The notes beneath the pieces were generated by a model that was not told the DNA's origin, searched no databases, and saw nothing but the letters and a program-made list of their open reading frames with translations. A stretch of 64,000 bases of DNA. Origin: Candidatus Omnitrophota bacterium. GTDB lineage: Bacteria > Omnitrophota > Gorgyraeia > Zapsychrales > Fredricksoniimonadaceae. Of the stretch, positions 1 through 9,792 are shown one piece after another. The DNA lies in contig JAGWOI010000008.1 in the NCBI GenBank assembly GCA_028870995.1, positions 3,468-67,467 on the forward strand, written 5' to 3'. The position numbers and the translations under genes were made by a program. Position 1 is the stretch's first letter, and every line of letters starts with the position of its first letter.

Positions 1-1
1 G

Positions 2-568
2 TTTTTGCGCACCATCGCGGATTTGACTTCGGTGGCCATCGAAAATGCGCAGCTCTACGAGCGCCTGGAGACCATGGCCATCAAGGACGGGTTGACCGGC
101 CTGTACCTGCGGCGGCACATGCTGGACCGCCTGCAGGAAGAAATTTCCCGCGAAATGCGGCGCAAACGCGATTTGAGTTTCCTGATGCTCGACCTCGACC
201 GGTTTAAACAGTACAATGATACCTTCGGCCATATGGCGGGGGACATCGTGCTTAAAGCGATCGCCAAAATCATGGAGGACCATTTCCACAATCCCGGCGA
301 GATCGTCTGCCGTTACGGCGGCGAAGAGTTTTGCGCGCTTCTGCCCGACTGTTCCAAGGCCAAGGCCGTGCAACTGGCCAATGATCTAAGAAAGAAGGTT
401 GAATCCCGTGAGATCATTTTGCGCCGTCAGAAGACAAATGTAACGGTCTCCATCGGGGTGGCGGCCTTCCCCAAGGACGCGGCCGGCCGGGACGAGCTTA
501 TTTTTAAAGCGGACGAGGCCCTGTACCAGGCCAAGGAAAGCGGGCGCAACAAGGTGTGTGCGGCATGA
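2..568 (+). CDS. GGDEF diguanylate cyclase, 5'-truncated at the window edge; the visible N-terminal residues look like the end of a GAF domain
   Basis: The ORF is open at the window start. It carries the GGDEF motif 'RYGGEEFCALLP' and an upstream RxxD-like 'RKRD'. The motif 'GLTGLYLRR' is typical of the GGDEF N-terminal region. Confidence 0.8.
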   Translation, partial: FLRTIADLTSVAIENAQLYERLETMAIKDGLTGLYLRRHMLDRLQEEISREMRRKRDLSFLMLDLDRFKQYNDTFGHMAGDIVLKAIAKIMEDHFHNPGEIVCRYGGEEFCALLPDCSKAKAVQLANDLRKKVESREIILRRQKTNVTVSIGVAAFPKDAAGRDELIFKADEALYQAKESGRNKVCAA

Positions 569-1584
569 TCTATGTCCTTCTCATCGCTACGGCAGTTTTT
601 ATAGGCGCAGTCTTCTACCTGGCCAAGCTGGTGGTGCTGGGACTAGAGCAGAAAGCCGACGAGGATGTGCTGAAGGCTAAGGAGGTTTTCCAGAAGATCA
701 TCGAGCAGAAGGACAAGTCCCAGGCAGAAAAAGTCAAGCTGGAACGCGAGGCTGTGGAGATCTTCACCCTTTATGACATGACCCGTGACATCACCCGGCA
801 TTTCGACGAGCAGGGGGCGTTCAGTATTTTCTTAAGCAAACTCAAAGAGAGCGTCCATGTCGAGGACTGCGAATTGGTCCATGATATCGCCGAAGGCTAT
901 AAGGGGGGCGTGTTGCCCAGCGGCTATGCCACCTTTATCCTCAAGAGCAAGGAGAAAAAATTGGGGGTTTTGTTGTATAAGGGGCTGGCCGACAAGGATA
1001 AGGAAAAGTTTGCCATCCTGGCCCACCAGTTCGCCCTGGCTTTGCGGCGCCTGAAGCTGTATAAGGACATCGAGACCCTGGCCATCACGGACGGCCTGAC
1101 CGGCGTCTACACCCGCCGTTATTTTATCGAGCGTTTCGACGAGGAAATCAAACGCAGCGCCCTGCGCAAGAGCAGCCTGGCTTTTTTGATGGTCGATGCC
1201 GACCACTTTAAGTCCATCAATGACCAGTATGGCCACCTGACCGGGGACGCTGTTCTCAAGGAGGTGGCCAATATCATCCGTGAGAACGTGCGCGAGATCG
1301 ATATTGTCGGCCGTTTCGGGGGGGAAGAATTTTGCGTCGTGCTGCCGGATACCGATTCGGAAGGTTCCCGGGTGGTGGCTGAACGTATCCGCAAGTCCGC
1401 CGAAAAGAAATCCATCAGGGCGTATGACAATACGGTACGCCTGACCTTAAGCATCGGGATCGCCGCTTTTCCCACCGACGGAAAGCTTTTGGAAGAATTG
1501 ATGGACAAGGCGGATTGGGCCTTGTACCGTGCCAAGTCCCAAGGGCGCAATTGTGTGGTTGCTTTCGGATCCTACAAGGAATGA
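556..1584 (+). CDS. Membrane-anchored GGDEF diguanylate cyclase with a GAF-like sensor region
   Basis: The N-terminal TM helix reads 'IYVLLIATAVFIGAVFYLAKLVVL'. The catalytic motif reads 'RFGGEEFCVVLP' and 'GLTGVYTRR' is also present. It is a tandem paralog of the preceding GGDEF gene. Confidence 0.8.
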   Translation: MCGMIYVLLIATAVFIGAVFYLAKLVVLGLEQKADEDVLKAKEVFQKIIEQKDKSQAEKVKLEREAVEIFTLYDMTRDITRHFDEQGAFSIFLSKLKESVHVEDCELVHDIAEGYKGGVLPSGYATFILKSKEKKLGVLLYKGLADKDKEKFAILAHQFALALRRLKLYKDIETLAITDGLTGVYTRRYFIERFDEEIKRSALRKSSLAFLMVDADHFKSINDQYGHLTGDAVLKEVANIIRENVREIDIVGRFGGEEFCVVLPDTDSEGSRVVAERIRKSAEKKSIRAYDNTVRLTLSIGIAAFPTDGKLLEELMDKADWALYRAKSQGRNCVVAFGSYKE

Positions 1585-2987
1585 AGACCCCATCTAAAAT
1601 TTTTGTCCTGGTTTTATTGCTGCTGGCTTTCCTGGCGAGCCTCGCCTGGGTGGGCGTGCGCCATATGGCCAGCATCCTGACCGAATTCGACCACGTGGCT
1701 CAGGTGGACCTGGTCCTGATGGAAACAGCCACCACCCTCAACGATATCCAGCTGAAGAAGGAAATCATTTTCACAAGGCTTACGTCTTCATCGGAAGAGC
1801 TGGCCTCAGGCCGCCTGCGGCCTTCCCGGCAGGAGTACCTGGGGGATTATGTCAGGGGGCTGGAAGGAGAGTACGACAGTTACATCCATGAGGCCGACAA
1901 GCAGATCCAGAAGATCGGCGGACTATCGGGGGTGCCGGACGAACTTAAAAGTTCCTTTGGACAGATGCGCCTGCAAATGCAGGATTTCGACAGCACCGTC
2001 AAGGCGATCTTCAAGTCAGTGGAAAGGGGCGGTTTTGAGCTGTCGCTGGAAGATCTGGATTCGACGGATTCCAAGCAAAAGGTCCTCACCGAGCACGTGC
2101 AGACCATCAGTGCCCAGATATGGGCCCTGGTGCACGAATCCATGAACAAGGGCAAGCGCTGGCGCGAACAATCCAGGCTCATTTTCTGGTTCAGTTTGCT
2201 GCTGACCGCCACCTTGGGGCTGTTGCTGTTTGCTTTCAGGAAGAATCTGGAAGAATTAAGCGCGCAAAAGAAGGACCTCGAAAAGTTAAACCAGGAACTT
2301 GACAAATTCGTCCATACCGTCAGTCATGATATTTTAGGGCCGCTGACCACCATCATCGGTTATGCCGCCTACCTTGAAAAGCACTATGCCTCCAAGCTCG
2401 ATGAACAGGGGAAGAATTCCATCAGCGGGGTGCGCAAAGGCGCCTCGAGGCTCAACGTGATGATCAAGGACATGCTGGAATTGACCCGCATGACCCGCGT
2501 CAAGAACCCCTATTCCAAGGTCGATATGCAGGAAGTTGTCGAAGCGGCCACGGCTAATTGCGATTTTATTGTCCGCCAGTCGAATGCCGAGATCAAGGTC
2601 GCGGGACCTCTGCCGCAGATCGTTTGCGACCGCATCAAGACGACCGCCGTGATCTCCAATCTTATCAGTAATGCGATCAAATTCACCAAGCCGGGCCAGA
2701 GGCCCATCATCAGGATCGGTGTTACCGAAACCCAGAAGGACCACGAGTTCTACGTCCAGGACAACGGCATAGGCATTGATCCTGATTCCCACAAAGATAT
2801 ATTCAATATTTTCAAGCGTCTGCACAACACCGACCAATTTGAAGGTTCGGGAGTGGGCCTGGCCATTGTCAAGGCGGCCGTGGAAGACCAGGGCGGGCAA
2901 GTGCGCGTGGAATCCATTCCCGGCCAAGGTGCCAAGTTCATCTTCACCATCCCCAAAAATCTCATTCCTGCTAAGCCCTTGTATTAA
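1581..2987 (+). CDS. Sensor histidine kinase: two TM helices, periplasmic sensor region, HisKA and HATPase_c domains
   Basis: The H-box reads 'HTVSHDILGPL'. The N/G boxes read 'SNAIKFT', 'DNGIGID' and 'GSGVGLAIVK'. The ATG at 1581 overlaps the upstream stop (ATGA), and the longer ORF beginning at 1515 runs back into the previous gene. Confidence 0.85.
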   Translation: MKTPSKIFVLVLLLLAFLASLAWVGVRHMASILTEFDHVAQVDLVLMETATTLNDIQLKKEIIFTRLTSSSEELASGRLRPSRQEYLGDYVRGLEGEYDSYIHEADKQIQKIGGLSGVPDELKSSFGQMRLQMQDFDSTVKAIFKSVERGGFELSLEDLDSTDSKQKVLTEHVQTISAQIWALVHESMNKGKRWREQSRLIFWFSLLLTATLGLLLFAFRKNLEELSAQKKDLEKLNQELDKFVHTVSHDILGPLTTIIGYAAYLEKHYASKLDEQGKNSISGVRKGASRLNVMIKDMLELTRMTRVKNPYSKVDMQEVVEAATANCDFIVRQSNAEIKVAGPLPQIVCDRIKTTAVISNLISNAIKFTKPGQRPIIRIGVTETQKDHEFYVQDNGIGIDPDSHKDIFNIFKRLHNTDQFEGSGVGLAIVKAAVEDQGGQVRVESIPGQGAKFIFTIPKNLIPAKPLY

Positions 2988-3111
2988 ACTTATCCGGTTA
3001 ATAATATAAAATTAGCTTAAAAAGCTATTGCTGGCATAGGTTTTTGGGTTAGAATAAATTAATATTTAAGATTTAAATATCCCTTAAATCCCCAAAAAAT
3101 TAAGGATTTTA

Positions 3112-4038
3112 ATGAAGCAGTACGTCGTTGGCGTGGATGTCGGCGGCACCAACATCAAGTTGGGTGTCGTGAACCCTGCCGGAAAAGTGCTTGTCAGAAC
3201 CAGCTTTGCCACAAAGCCTTTTGCCTCTCATCACAGCCACCTGATCACGGCCCTGGCCCGCGAGATCGAGGCCAGCATCATCACCGCCGGCCTTCACCGC
3301 CGCCAGATCGCGGGCATCGGCATCGGCCTGCCTGGACTGGTTGACTATGAAAAAGGGGTTGTGCGCTTCCTGCCTAACATCCCGGGCTGGCGTAATGTCC
3401 ATTTGAAATCCATCCTTGAAAAAAAGATAAAACTCCCTGTTTTTGTCGATAATGACGTCAAAATCATCACCCTGGCCGAGTTTAAGTTCGGGGCCGGCCG
3501 CGGCGCCAGGAATTTCGTTTGCCTGACCTTGGGCACAGGGGTCGGGGCGGGATTGATCTTAAACGGTCAGCTTTACCGCGGCGAGGATAATGCCGCCGGC
3601 GAATTGGGGCATATGCCGCTCAACGAACATGGGCCCAAATGCAACTGCGGCGGTGAAGGGTGCTTTGAAACCTATGTCGGCAACCGCTCGTTGTTCGCCC
3701 TGGCTTCGCAGATCATGAAAAAACCCGGCATGACCACCCAGGACATGTTCGCGCTGGCCAAAAAGGGGAATAAAAAAGCGCTGCTTTTCTGGAAAACCGC
3801 GGCCCAGCGCATCGGCAACGGCCTGGTCGGTATTGTGAACTTATTGAATCCGCACCTGATCATCATCGGCGGCGGTGTTTCCAATAATGAGAGATTTCTG
3901 TTTAAGACCATCGCCCAAACCATCCGCCGCCGTGCCATGAGCCTGCAGGGAAAGGCGTTTAAAATCAAACGCGCTCAATTTAAAGATGACGCGGGGATCA
4001 TCGGTGCCTACGTGTTGGTGACGAATGCGCAAAGGTAG
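3112..4038 (+). CDS. glcK: ROK-family glucokinase
   Basis: The N-terminus 'VGVDVGGTNIKLGVV' is an ATPase motif. The ROK zinc motif is 'HMPLNEHGPKCNCGGEGCFETY'. Confidence 0.8.
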   Translation: MKQYVVGVDVGGTNIKLGVVNPAGKVLVRTSFATKPFASHHSHLITALAREIEASIITAGLHRRQIAGIGIGLPGLVDYEKGVVRFLPNIPGWRNVHLKSILEKKIKLPVFVDNDVKIITLAEFKFGAGRGARNFVCLTLGTGVGAGLILNGQLYRGEDNAAGELGHMPLNEHGPKCNCGGEGCFETYVGNRSLFALASQIMKKPGMTTQDMFALAKKGNKKALLFWKTAAQRIGNGLVGIVNLLNPHLIIIGGGVSNNERFLFKTIAQTIRRRAMSLQGKAFKIKRAQFKDDAGIIGAYVLVTNAQR

Positions 4039-6268
4039 TTTATATATCCTGGCTTTTTTATTATTGCTGACAAGGCAGGCCGTCTCTGCGCCGCTGCCCA
4101 TGCCCGATATCAAGGGACAGTTCGGTAAAGATAAACTGAAAAAACCCTCTCAAGTTACCTTGCAGGCCGATCAGGTGAGCTTTTCCCAAGCCGACAACAA
4201 AGCTCATGCCGAAGGTCATGTGACGGTTAAATCCGGAAACCAGCAGTTGTTCTGCGACCGGCTGGACCTGGACCGCACCATCAAGCAGGTGGTGGCCGAA
4301 GGCAACGTTTATCTCGATACGCCCGATGAACAGGTGCTGGCACAGGGGTTGACCTATAGTTTTGATAAGAAGACCGGTGAATTCCGCGACGCCAGGGTAT
4401 GGATGGCCCCCTATCAGATCCGGGGCAAGCAAATCCAAAAAGTTTCCGAGAACCACATGGTCATGAAGGACGGGTATTTGACCACCTGCGACCTGGATGA
4501 GCCGCATTACCGGTTTTTTGCCCGCCGGATGGACATCTATCCCAGGGACAAGGCCGTTATCCGCGGCATGAAGGTGTATTTGGGCACAGTCCCGATCATG
4601 TACTTGCCTTATTTTTCCCAAGACCTGCGCAACCGTCCGATGCTCACTTTCATACCGGGGGATAACAAGAACTTCGGGCTCTTTTTATTGACCACCGCAC
4701 GCTTTCGGACCTCAATGGCCGGAACTCATGCGACTGTTTCTCTGCATTTTGACGCACGTGAACGTACGGGTTTCGGAGAGGGGGCCGATGTCCGTTACAA
4801 CACTCCTCATTTCGGCAGCGGCCTGTTGAGCGTGTACCGCACCGATGAGAATTTGATCCCAGGCGCGCATTTCTGGGACTCCAAGAATATCCCCACGGAG
4901 CACCACACCCTGTACCGCATCATCTGGCGGCACCATTGGAGGGTTGACCCTAATACCGATGTGGTTCTGCAGGAGTACAGGATCCATGATTATGATATCG
5001 CCAACAACCGTTTCTTGAAATTGTATTTTCCGCGGGATTACCAGCAGGGAGCCCAAGCTTCCAATTTCGACTCATATTTCCTATTGACGCATAATTTGCC
5101 GCACGGTACACTTGTTTTCAATGTTGAAACCAGCCGGCAGAACCCTGCCCTGCGCGGGGTGGAGCGGCTGCCGCAGGTCCAGTATATCCTTAATAACCAG
5201 CAGATCGGCAGGACAGGATTTTATTTCAAAACCACCGACACGTTTTCGAATTTGACCTATCAGAATTATCCCAAGACCTTCAACGAAAAAACAATGCGTT
5301 TTGATTCCAATGACGATATTTCGCACCCCTTTAAGATCGGATTCATCTCGTTCAATCCGCATGCCGGCGGGGAAGAGACCTACTACAGCCGTACTGCCGA
5401 TATCAATGAGAACAACATCGTCCGGGGCCTGTTCAGGGGAAGCCTGGACATGAGCACCAAATTCTACAGGGTATGGGACTACCATACGGATTTTATGGGG
5501 CTGGACATCAACCGCCTGCGCCATGTGGTGATCCCAAGCATTACGTATCTTTACCAATCGAGGCCGACCTTCCCCTCTTCCAGGCTTAACCAATTCGACC
5601 CGGCCATCGACAATCTGTACCGGATCCACCAGATTGAGTTTTCGCTGGCGAACAAGCTGCAGACCAAGCGCCACGGGGAAATCGTGGACCTGGCGAGGTT
5701 CGTGATCCTGACCAATTATGGGCTCAAGGGCACCACCCTGGGTGAGCCGCAGGTCAATACCCTCGGCCCCATGGCCGGCCTGTCGAACAGCCGCCGCGGA
5801 TTCAATCCCTTCGACACCATCCTTGATGTGAATCCCACGGATTGGCTGAGCTTTCATAACGACAACGAATATGATTTTCATTTCGGGCATTGGAACACCG
5901 AGAACTTCGACACCGAGTTCCATGGGAAGGGCTGGTCTTTTGCTTTGGGCAACCGCTATACCCGCGGTGAGGGCGATGCCATTACCAGCGAATGGGATTA
6001 TACGATCAACCCCAAATGGCGCGTGAGGATTTACGGGACCCAGCCGTTGACCTCCCCGACGGATGGGTCTGCAAGCAATGCCCGCGAGACCGCAATCACG
6101 CTGACCCGTGACTTGCATGAATGGGAAATGGACATGACCGTTGACAGGCTCGAAGGAAGGGGCTCCGTATTTTATATTCTCTTCCGTTTGAAGGCCATGC
6201 CGGACATGAAATTTAACTTATTACAATCCACCTTCCAGCCGTCGAGGGCGGGGTCGAACAACCAGTAA
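4025..6268 (+). CDS. lptD: LPS-assembly protein LptD (OstA family)
   Basis: It has a signal peptide followed by an N-terminal OstA-like region ('QADQVSF...AEGHVTVKSGNQQLFCDRLDLDRTIKQVVAEGNVYLD'). It is 747 aa long and has a beta-barrel-like C-terminus rich in aromatic and Gly residues. Confidence 0.75.
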   Translation: MRKGSLYILAFLLLLTRQAVSAPLPMPDIKGQFGKDKLKKPSQVTLQADQVSFSQADNKAHAEGHVTVKSGNQQLFCDRLDLDRTIKQVVAEGNVYLDTPDEQVLAQGLTYSFDKKTGEFRDARVWMAPYQIRGKQIQKVSENHMVMKDGYLTTCDLDEPHYRFFARRMDIYPRDKAVIRGMKVYLGTVPIMYLPYFSQDLRNRPMLTFIPGDNKNFGLFLLTTARFRTSMAGTHATVSLHFDARERTGFGEGADVRYNTPHFGSGLLSVYRTDENLIPGAHFWDSKNIPTEHHTLYRIIWRHHWRVDPNTDVVLQEYRIHDYDIANNRFLKLYFPRDYQQGAQASNFDSYFLLTHNLPHGTLVFNVETSRQNPALRGVERLPQVQYILNNQQIGRTGFYFKTTDTFSNLTYQNYPKTFNEKTMRFDSNDDISHPFKIGFISFNPHAGGEETYYSRTADINENNIVRGLFRGSLDMSTKFYRVWDYHTDFMGLDINRLRHVVIPSITYLYQSRPTFPSSRLNQFDPAIDNLYRIHQIEFSLANKLQTKRHGEIVDLARFVILTNYGLKGTTLGEPQVNTLGPMAGLSNSRRGFNPFDTILDVNPTDWLSFHNDNEYDFHFGHWNTENFDTEFHGKGWSFALGNRYTRGEGDAITSEWDYTINPKWRVRIYGTQPLTSPTDGSASNARETAITLTRDLHEWEMDMTVDRLEGRGSVFYILFRLKAMPDMKFNLLQSTFQPSRAGSNNQ

Positions 6269-6281
6269 GGGAGTCAAAGGA

Positions 6282-7610
6282 ATGAGAATTGCCATCATAG
6301 GTTCAGGTTACGTGGGTTTGGTTTCCGGGGTGTGTCTGGCCGAAATCGGGCACCATGTTGTCTGTGTGGACAATAATCCCGATAAGATCAGGACTTTGAA
6401 GAAAGGCAAGCTGCCTATTTATGAACCGGGGTTGCTGGAGCTCATGAAAGCCAATGTCGCCAAAAAGCGGCTTTCTTTCACCGGTTCCATCGGCGAGGCC
6501 ACAGAAAAATCGCAAGTCATTTTCCTGGCGGTGCCGACCCCGCCTAAGGCCAACGGGGACGCGGATTTGACCTATATCGAGAACGTGGCCCGCCAGATCG
6601 CCCAGCACATGGATTCCTACAAATTGATCGTAGAGAAATCCACCGTCCCCGCGGAGACCGGCAAGAAGATCAGGCGTACCATTCATTTGAACCTGCCTAA
6701 GAAGTATAAAAGCGGCAATAAAATCCTGCTGGATTTCGACGTGGCCTCTAACCCCGAGTTCCTCAAAGAAGGCAGCGCGGTGCATGATTTTATGAACCCG
6801 GACCGTGTTGTCATCGGTGTCGAGAGCAAAAAGGCGGAACAGTTGTTGAAGGAAATTTACAAGCCGCTGAAGGCCAAGGTCCTGGTCACCAACATTGCCT
6901 CGGCTGAAATGATCAAGCACGCCTCAAATTCATTTTTGGCCGCCAAGATCTCCTTTATCAACGCCGTGGCCCAGATCTGCGACCGGGTGGGCGCGGACGT
7001 GCTCAAGGTGGCGGAGGGCATGGGGCTGGACAAGCGCATCGGCCGTCAGTTTCTCGACGCAGGCGTCGGCTACGGCGGCAGCTGCTTTCCCAAAGACGTG
7101 GATGCCTTCATCCGGGTCGGTGAAAAGAGTGGTTATGAATTTGCCCTGCTTAGGGAAGTGCGGCGCATCAATGAGGCCCAGCGCCATTGGTTCGTGCGCC
7201 ATATCGAGGAAAAGCTTTGGAATATCAAGGACAAGATGATCGGCGTCTGGGGCCTGGCCTTCAAGCCAAATACCGACGATATCCGCAGCGCCGCGGCCCT
7301 TGAGATCATCCAGCTTTTGCAGGCGGAAGGGGCCAGGATACGGGCCTATGACCCCAAAGCCATGGACAACGCCAGGAAGGTCTTAAGCCGGAACACGGTT
7401 TTTTGCGACAGTCCTTATGCGGTGGCGGAAGGTTGCGATTGCCTTTTATTGCTGACCGAATGGCCGGAATTTGCGGATATCGATTTCGTCCAGATACGCG
7501 ACGCGATGAGCCAGACCGTGATCTTCGACGGCCGCAATTTTCTGGACGGGACGGCCTTAAGGGATTTGGGCTTTGAATACTTCGGCGTTGGCCGGGGAAA
7601 ATCTTTGTAA
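6282..7610 (+). CDS. ugd: UDP-glucose 6-dehydrogenase
   Basis: The Rossmann motif '[16 protein letters not shown]' is present. The catalytic Cys region is 'GGSCFPKDV'. The length (442 aa) is typical. Confidence 0.9.
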   Translation: MRIAIIGSGYVGLVSGVCLAEIGHHVVCVDNNPDKIRTLKKGKLPIYEPGLLELMKANVAKKRLSFTGSIGEATEKSQVIFLAVPTPPKANGDADLTYIENVARQIAQHMDSYKLIVEKSTVPAETGKKIRRTIHLNLPKKYKSGNKILLDFDVASNPEFLKEGSAVHDFMNPDRVVIGVESKKAEQLLKEIYKPLKAKVLVTNIASAEMIKHASNSFLAAKISFINAVAQICDRVGADVLKVAEGMGLDKRIGRQFLDAGVGYGGSCFPKDVDAFIRVGEKSGYEFALLREVRRINEAQRHWFVRHIEEKLWNIKDKMIGVWGLAFKPNTDDIRSAAALEIIQLLQAEGARIRAYDPKAMDNARKVLSRNTVFCDSPYAVAEGCDCLLLLTEWPEFADIDFVQIRDAMSQTVIFDGRNFLDGTALRDLGFEYFGVGRGKSL

Positions 7611-7625
7611 AAGGATAAGGAGTGA

Positions 7626-8585
7626 ATGATGCCTAAGAAAACAGTACTGATTACAGGCGGAGCGGGCTTTATCGGAAGCCATCTGTGCGACCGGTTCATC
7701 AAGGAAGGCTTTAAAGTCATTGCCGTCGACAACCTGATCACCGGCAACAAGGGCAACATTGCGCACCTGGCCAAGAACAAGGACTTCCGGTTTATCAAGC
7801 ACGATATTTCCAAACCTATCCGGATACCGGGGCAGGTCCATTATGTGCTTCATTTTGCCTCGCCGGCATCACCCATCGATTATCTGCAGCTTTCCATCCA
7901 GACCATGAAGGTCGGTGCCCTGGGCACGCATAACGCATTGGGGATCGCCAAGGCCAAGAAAGCGGTCTTTTTCCTGGCCTCCACCTCGGAAGTTTACGGC
8001 GACCCCCTGGAACATCCGCAAAAGGAAACCTATTGGGGCCATGTCAATCCCATCGGGCCCAGGGGCGTGTACGACGAGGCCAAGCGCTTTGCCGAGGCCC
8101 TGACCCTGGCTTATAAAAAGGTGCACGGGATGGATGTCAAGATCATCCGCATTTTCAATACCTATGGGCCGCGCATGCGGCTTAAGGACGGAAGGGTGGT
8201 CCCCGCATTCATTGACCAGGTCCTTCACGGCAAACCTTTGACGATCTTCGGCGACGGCAGGCAGACCAGGTCTTTTTGCTATGTGGATGATCTGGTCGAG
8301 GGCATCACCCGGCTTTTGTTCTCCAAATTGACCGGTCCGGTGAACATGGGTAATCCCCGCGAGTTCACCATTCGCCAATTTGCCGACCTGGTCGTCAAAA
8401 CCCAGGGGGGCCATAAGGCCAGGATTGTTTTTAAGCCCTTGCCCAAGGATGACCCCAAGCAGCGCCGGCCGGATATCACCCAGGCCAGGACGAAACTGGG
8501 ATGGGAACCGAAGGTCCGCCTGGAAGAAGGGATCGTCAAGACGATCGCCTATTTTAAAGAACACATCAACAATGGACGAAAATAA
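7626..8585 (+). CDS. uxs: UDP-glucuronate decarboxylase (UXS-type SDR). An ArnA-C-terminal-like 4-keto-forming decarboxylase cannot be excluded.
   Basis: '[17 protein letters not shown]' and '[12 protein letters not shown]' are present, with the typical YxxxK. It lies adjacent to ugd. Confidence 0.8.
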   Translation: MMPKKTVLITGGAGFIGSHLCDRFIKEGFKVIAVDNLITGNKGNIAHLAKNKDFRFIKHDISKPIRIPGQVHYVLHFASPASPIDYLQLSIQTMKVGALGTHNALGIAKAKKAVFFLASTSEVYGDPLEHPQKETYWGHVNPIGPRGVYDEAKRFAEALTLAYKKVHGMDVKIIRIFNTYGPRMRLKDGRVVPAFIDQVLHGKPLTIFGDGRQTRSFCYVDDLVEGITRLLFSKLTGPVNMGNPREFTIRQFADLVVKTQGGHKARIVFKPLPKDDPKQRRPDITQARTKLGWEPKVRLEEGIVKTIAYFKEHINNGRK

Positions 8586-9196
8586 TGATTACCAAGGAAG
8601 AATTGGTTGCTTTTGAAATGGATATCGCCGAGGTCTTCGCGACCGGCGTTATTCGTGCTCCGGTGCACCTGCGGGCGGGCCGGGAAGAGATGCTCATCAA
8701 AATCTTCAAGGACCATCATATCGGCGACGATGATTACGTGTTCGGTTTTTGGGATTCCCATGAGCTGGCACTTTTGAAGGGCGTGCCGCCCCAGGAATTG
8801 AAACAAGCCATCCTGGACGGCAAAAGCATATCGCTGTGTTTCCCTCAATACAAGGTTTTGTGTTCGGGGATCGTGGGCAGCCTGATGGGCGCCGCCGCCG
8901 GGGTGGCCTGGGCCCTGAAGCATCAGCAGCAAAAGGGCAGGGCTTTTTTGTTTTGCGGGGACATGTCCTCGGAGACGGGTATTTTTCATGAAGCGGTCAA
9001 ATATGTTACTAATTTCGACCTGCCCGCCGTCTTTATTGTCTGTGACAACGGGGTCAGCGTCATGACCGACACCCGCGCCGCATGGGGAAGCTCCGACCCC
9101 TGGTTTAAAGGCACCAAGTACGAAAGCAAGATCATCTATTTTAAATACACCAACGGCTACCCGCATTCCGGCCTTGGTAAACTCATCAAATTTTAA
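8585..9196 (+). CDS. TPP-dependent dehydrogenase E1 component, alpha-like subunit (short form)
   Basis: The ThDP-binding region reads 'FCGDMSSETGIFHEAVKYVTNFDLPAVFIVCDNG'. At 203 aa it is much shorter than a canonical E1 alpha. Confidence 0.6.
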   Translation: MITKEELVAFEMDIAEVFATGVIRAPVHLRAGREEMLIKIFKDHHIGDDDYVFGFWDSHELALLKGVPPQELKQAILDGKSISLCFPQYKVLCSGIVGSLMGAAAGVAWALKHQQQKGRAFLFCGDMSSETGIFHEAVKYVTNFDLPAVFIVCDNGVSVMTDTRAAWGSSDPWFKGTKYESKIIYFKYTNGYPHSGLGKLIKF

Positions 9197-9200
9197 AACT

Positions 9201-9788
9201 ATGACGACCAATACACAGCTTAAATACTTCGATGAATTAAAAAGGACCATGGAATGGCTGGCCCAGCAGCCCAAGGTGATGTTTGTGGGACAGACGGTGG
9301 CCGGACCCGGCACCTTTATGTACCAGACCCTGCGCGACTGCCCCAAGGAACGCTGCCTGGAGATGCCCATCAATGAAAGTTTCCAGATGCAGTTTACGAT
9401 AGGGCTGGCCCTGACCGGCTATGTGCCCATTTCGGTTTATCCTAGGCAGAACTTTTTGCTGCTGGCCACTGGAGATATGGCCAATATGCTTGACAAGATC
9501 CCCTTGATCTCCGGGGGGAAATGGCCGTTGAAAATGATCATCCGGGTGGCCACCGGTCCCGATGCGCCGGTGCATCCGGGACACCAGCATATCGGCAATT
9601 ATGCCAAGGCCTTCCGGGAAATGTTCAAATGGATTGAGGTGGTGGAGCTTGACAGCGCCGAGGAGATCTTCCCGGCCTACAACCAGGCCTTGAACCGCAC
9701 GGATGGCAAATCGACGATGATCATCGAGCACGGGAATTTCTATAACGAAGAATATTACGCCAAGCGGATGATCAGCACCCAGCGCTGA
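9201..9788 (+). CDS. TPP-dependent dehydrogenase E1 component, beta-like subunit (transketolase pyrimidine-binding domain only)
   Basis: 'KVMFVGQTVAGPGTFMYQTLRD...ERCLEMPINESFQMQFTIGLALTGYVPI' resembles an E1 beta or transketolase Pyr domain. The C-terminal domain is absent. It is paired with the alpha-like gene. Confidence 0.55.
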   Translation: MTTNTQLKYFDELKRTMEWLAQQPKVMFVGQTVAGPGTFMYQTLRDCPKERCLEMPINESFQMQFTIGLALTGYVPISVYPRQNFLLLATGDMANMLDKIPLISGGKWPLKMIIRVATGPDAPVHPGHQHIGNYAKAFREMFKWIEVVELDSAEEIFPAYNQALNRTDGKSTMIIEHGNFYNEEYYAKRMISTQR

Positions 9789-9792
9789 AGGT

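Noticed and set aside
2988-3111. Small palindrome 'TAGCTT-AAA-AAGCTA' after the histidine kinase gene
   Set aside because: The stem is only 6 bp with no T-tract, in an AT-rich promoter region. It is too weak to call a terminator or operator.
5081-6118. 345-aa minus-strand ORF inside lptD
   Set aside because: It is antisense to a well-supported + strand gene. Its composition is Gly/Arg/Pro-rich, typical of GC-rich shadow ORFs, and it has no recognisable motif.
8549-9373. 274-aa minus-strand ORF
   Set aside because: It lies antisense to the E1 alpha/beta-like genes, has no domain signature and no plausible RBS, and is treated as a shadow ORF.
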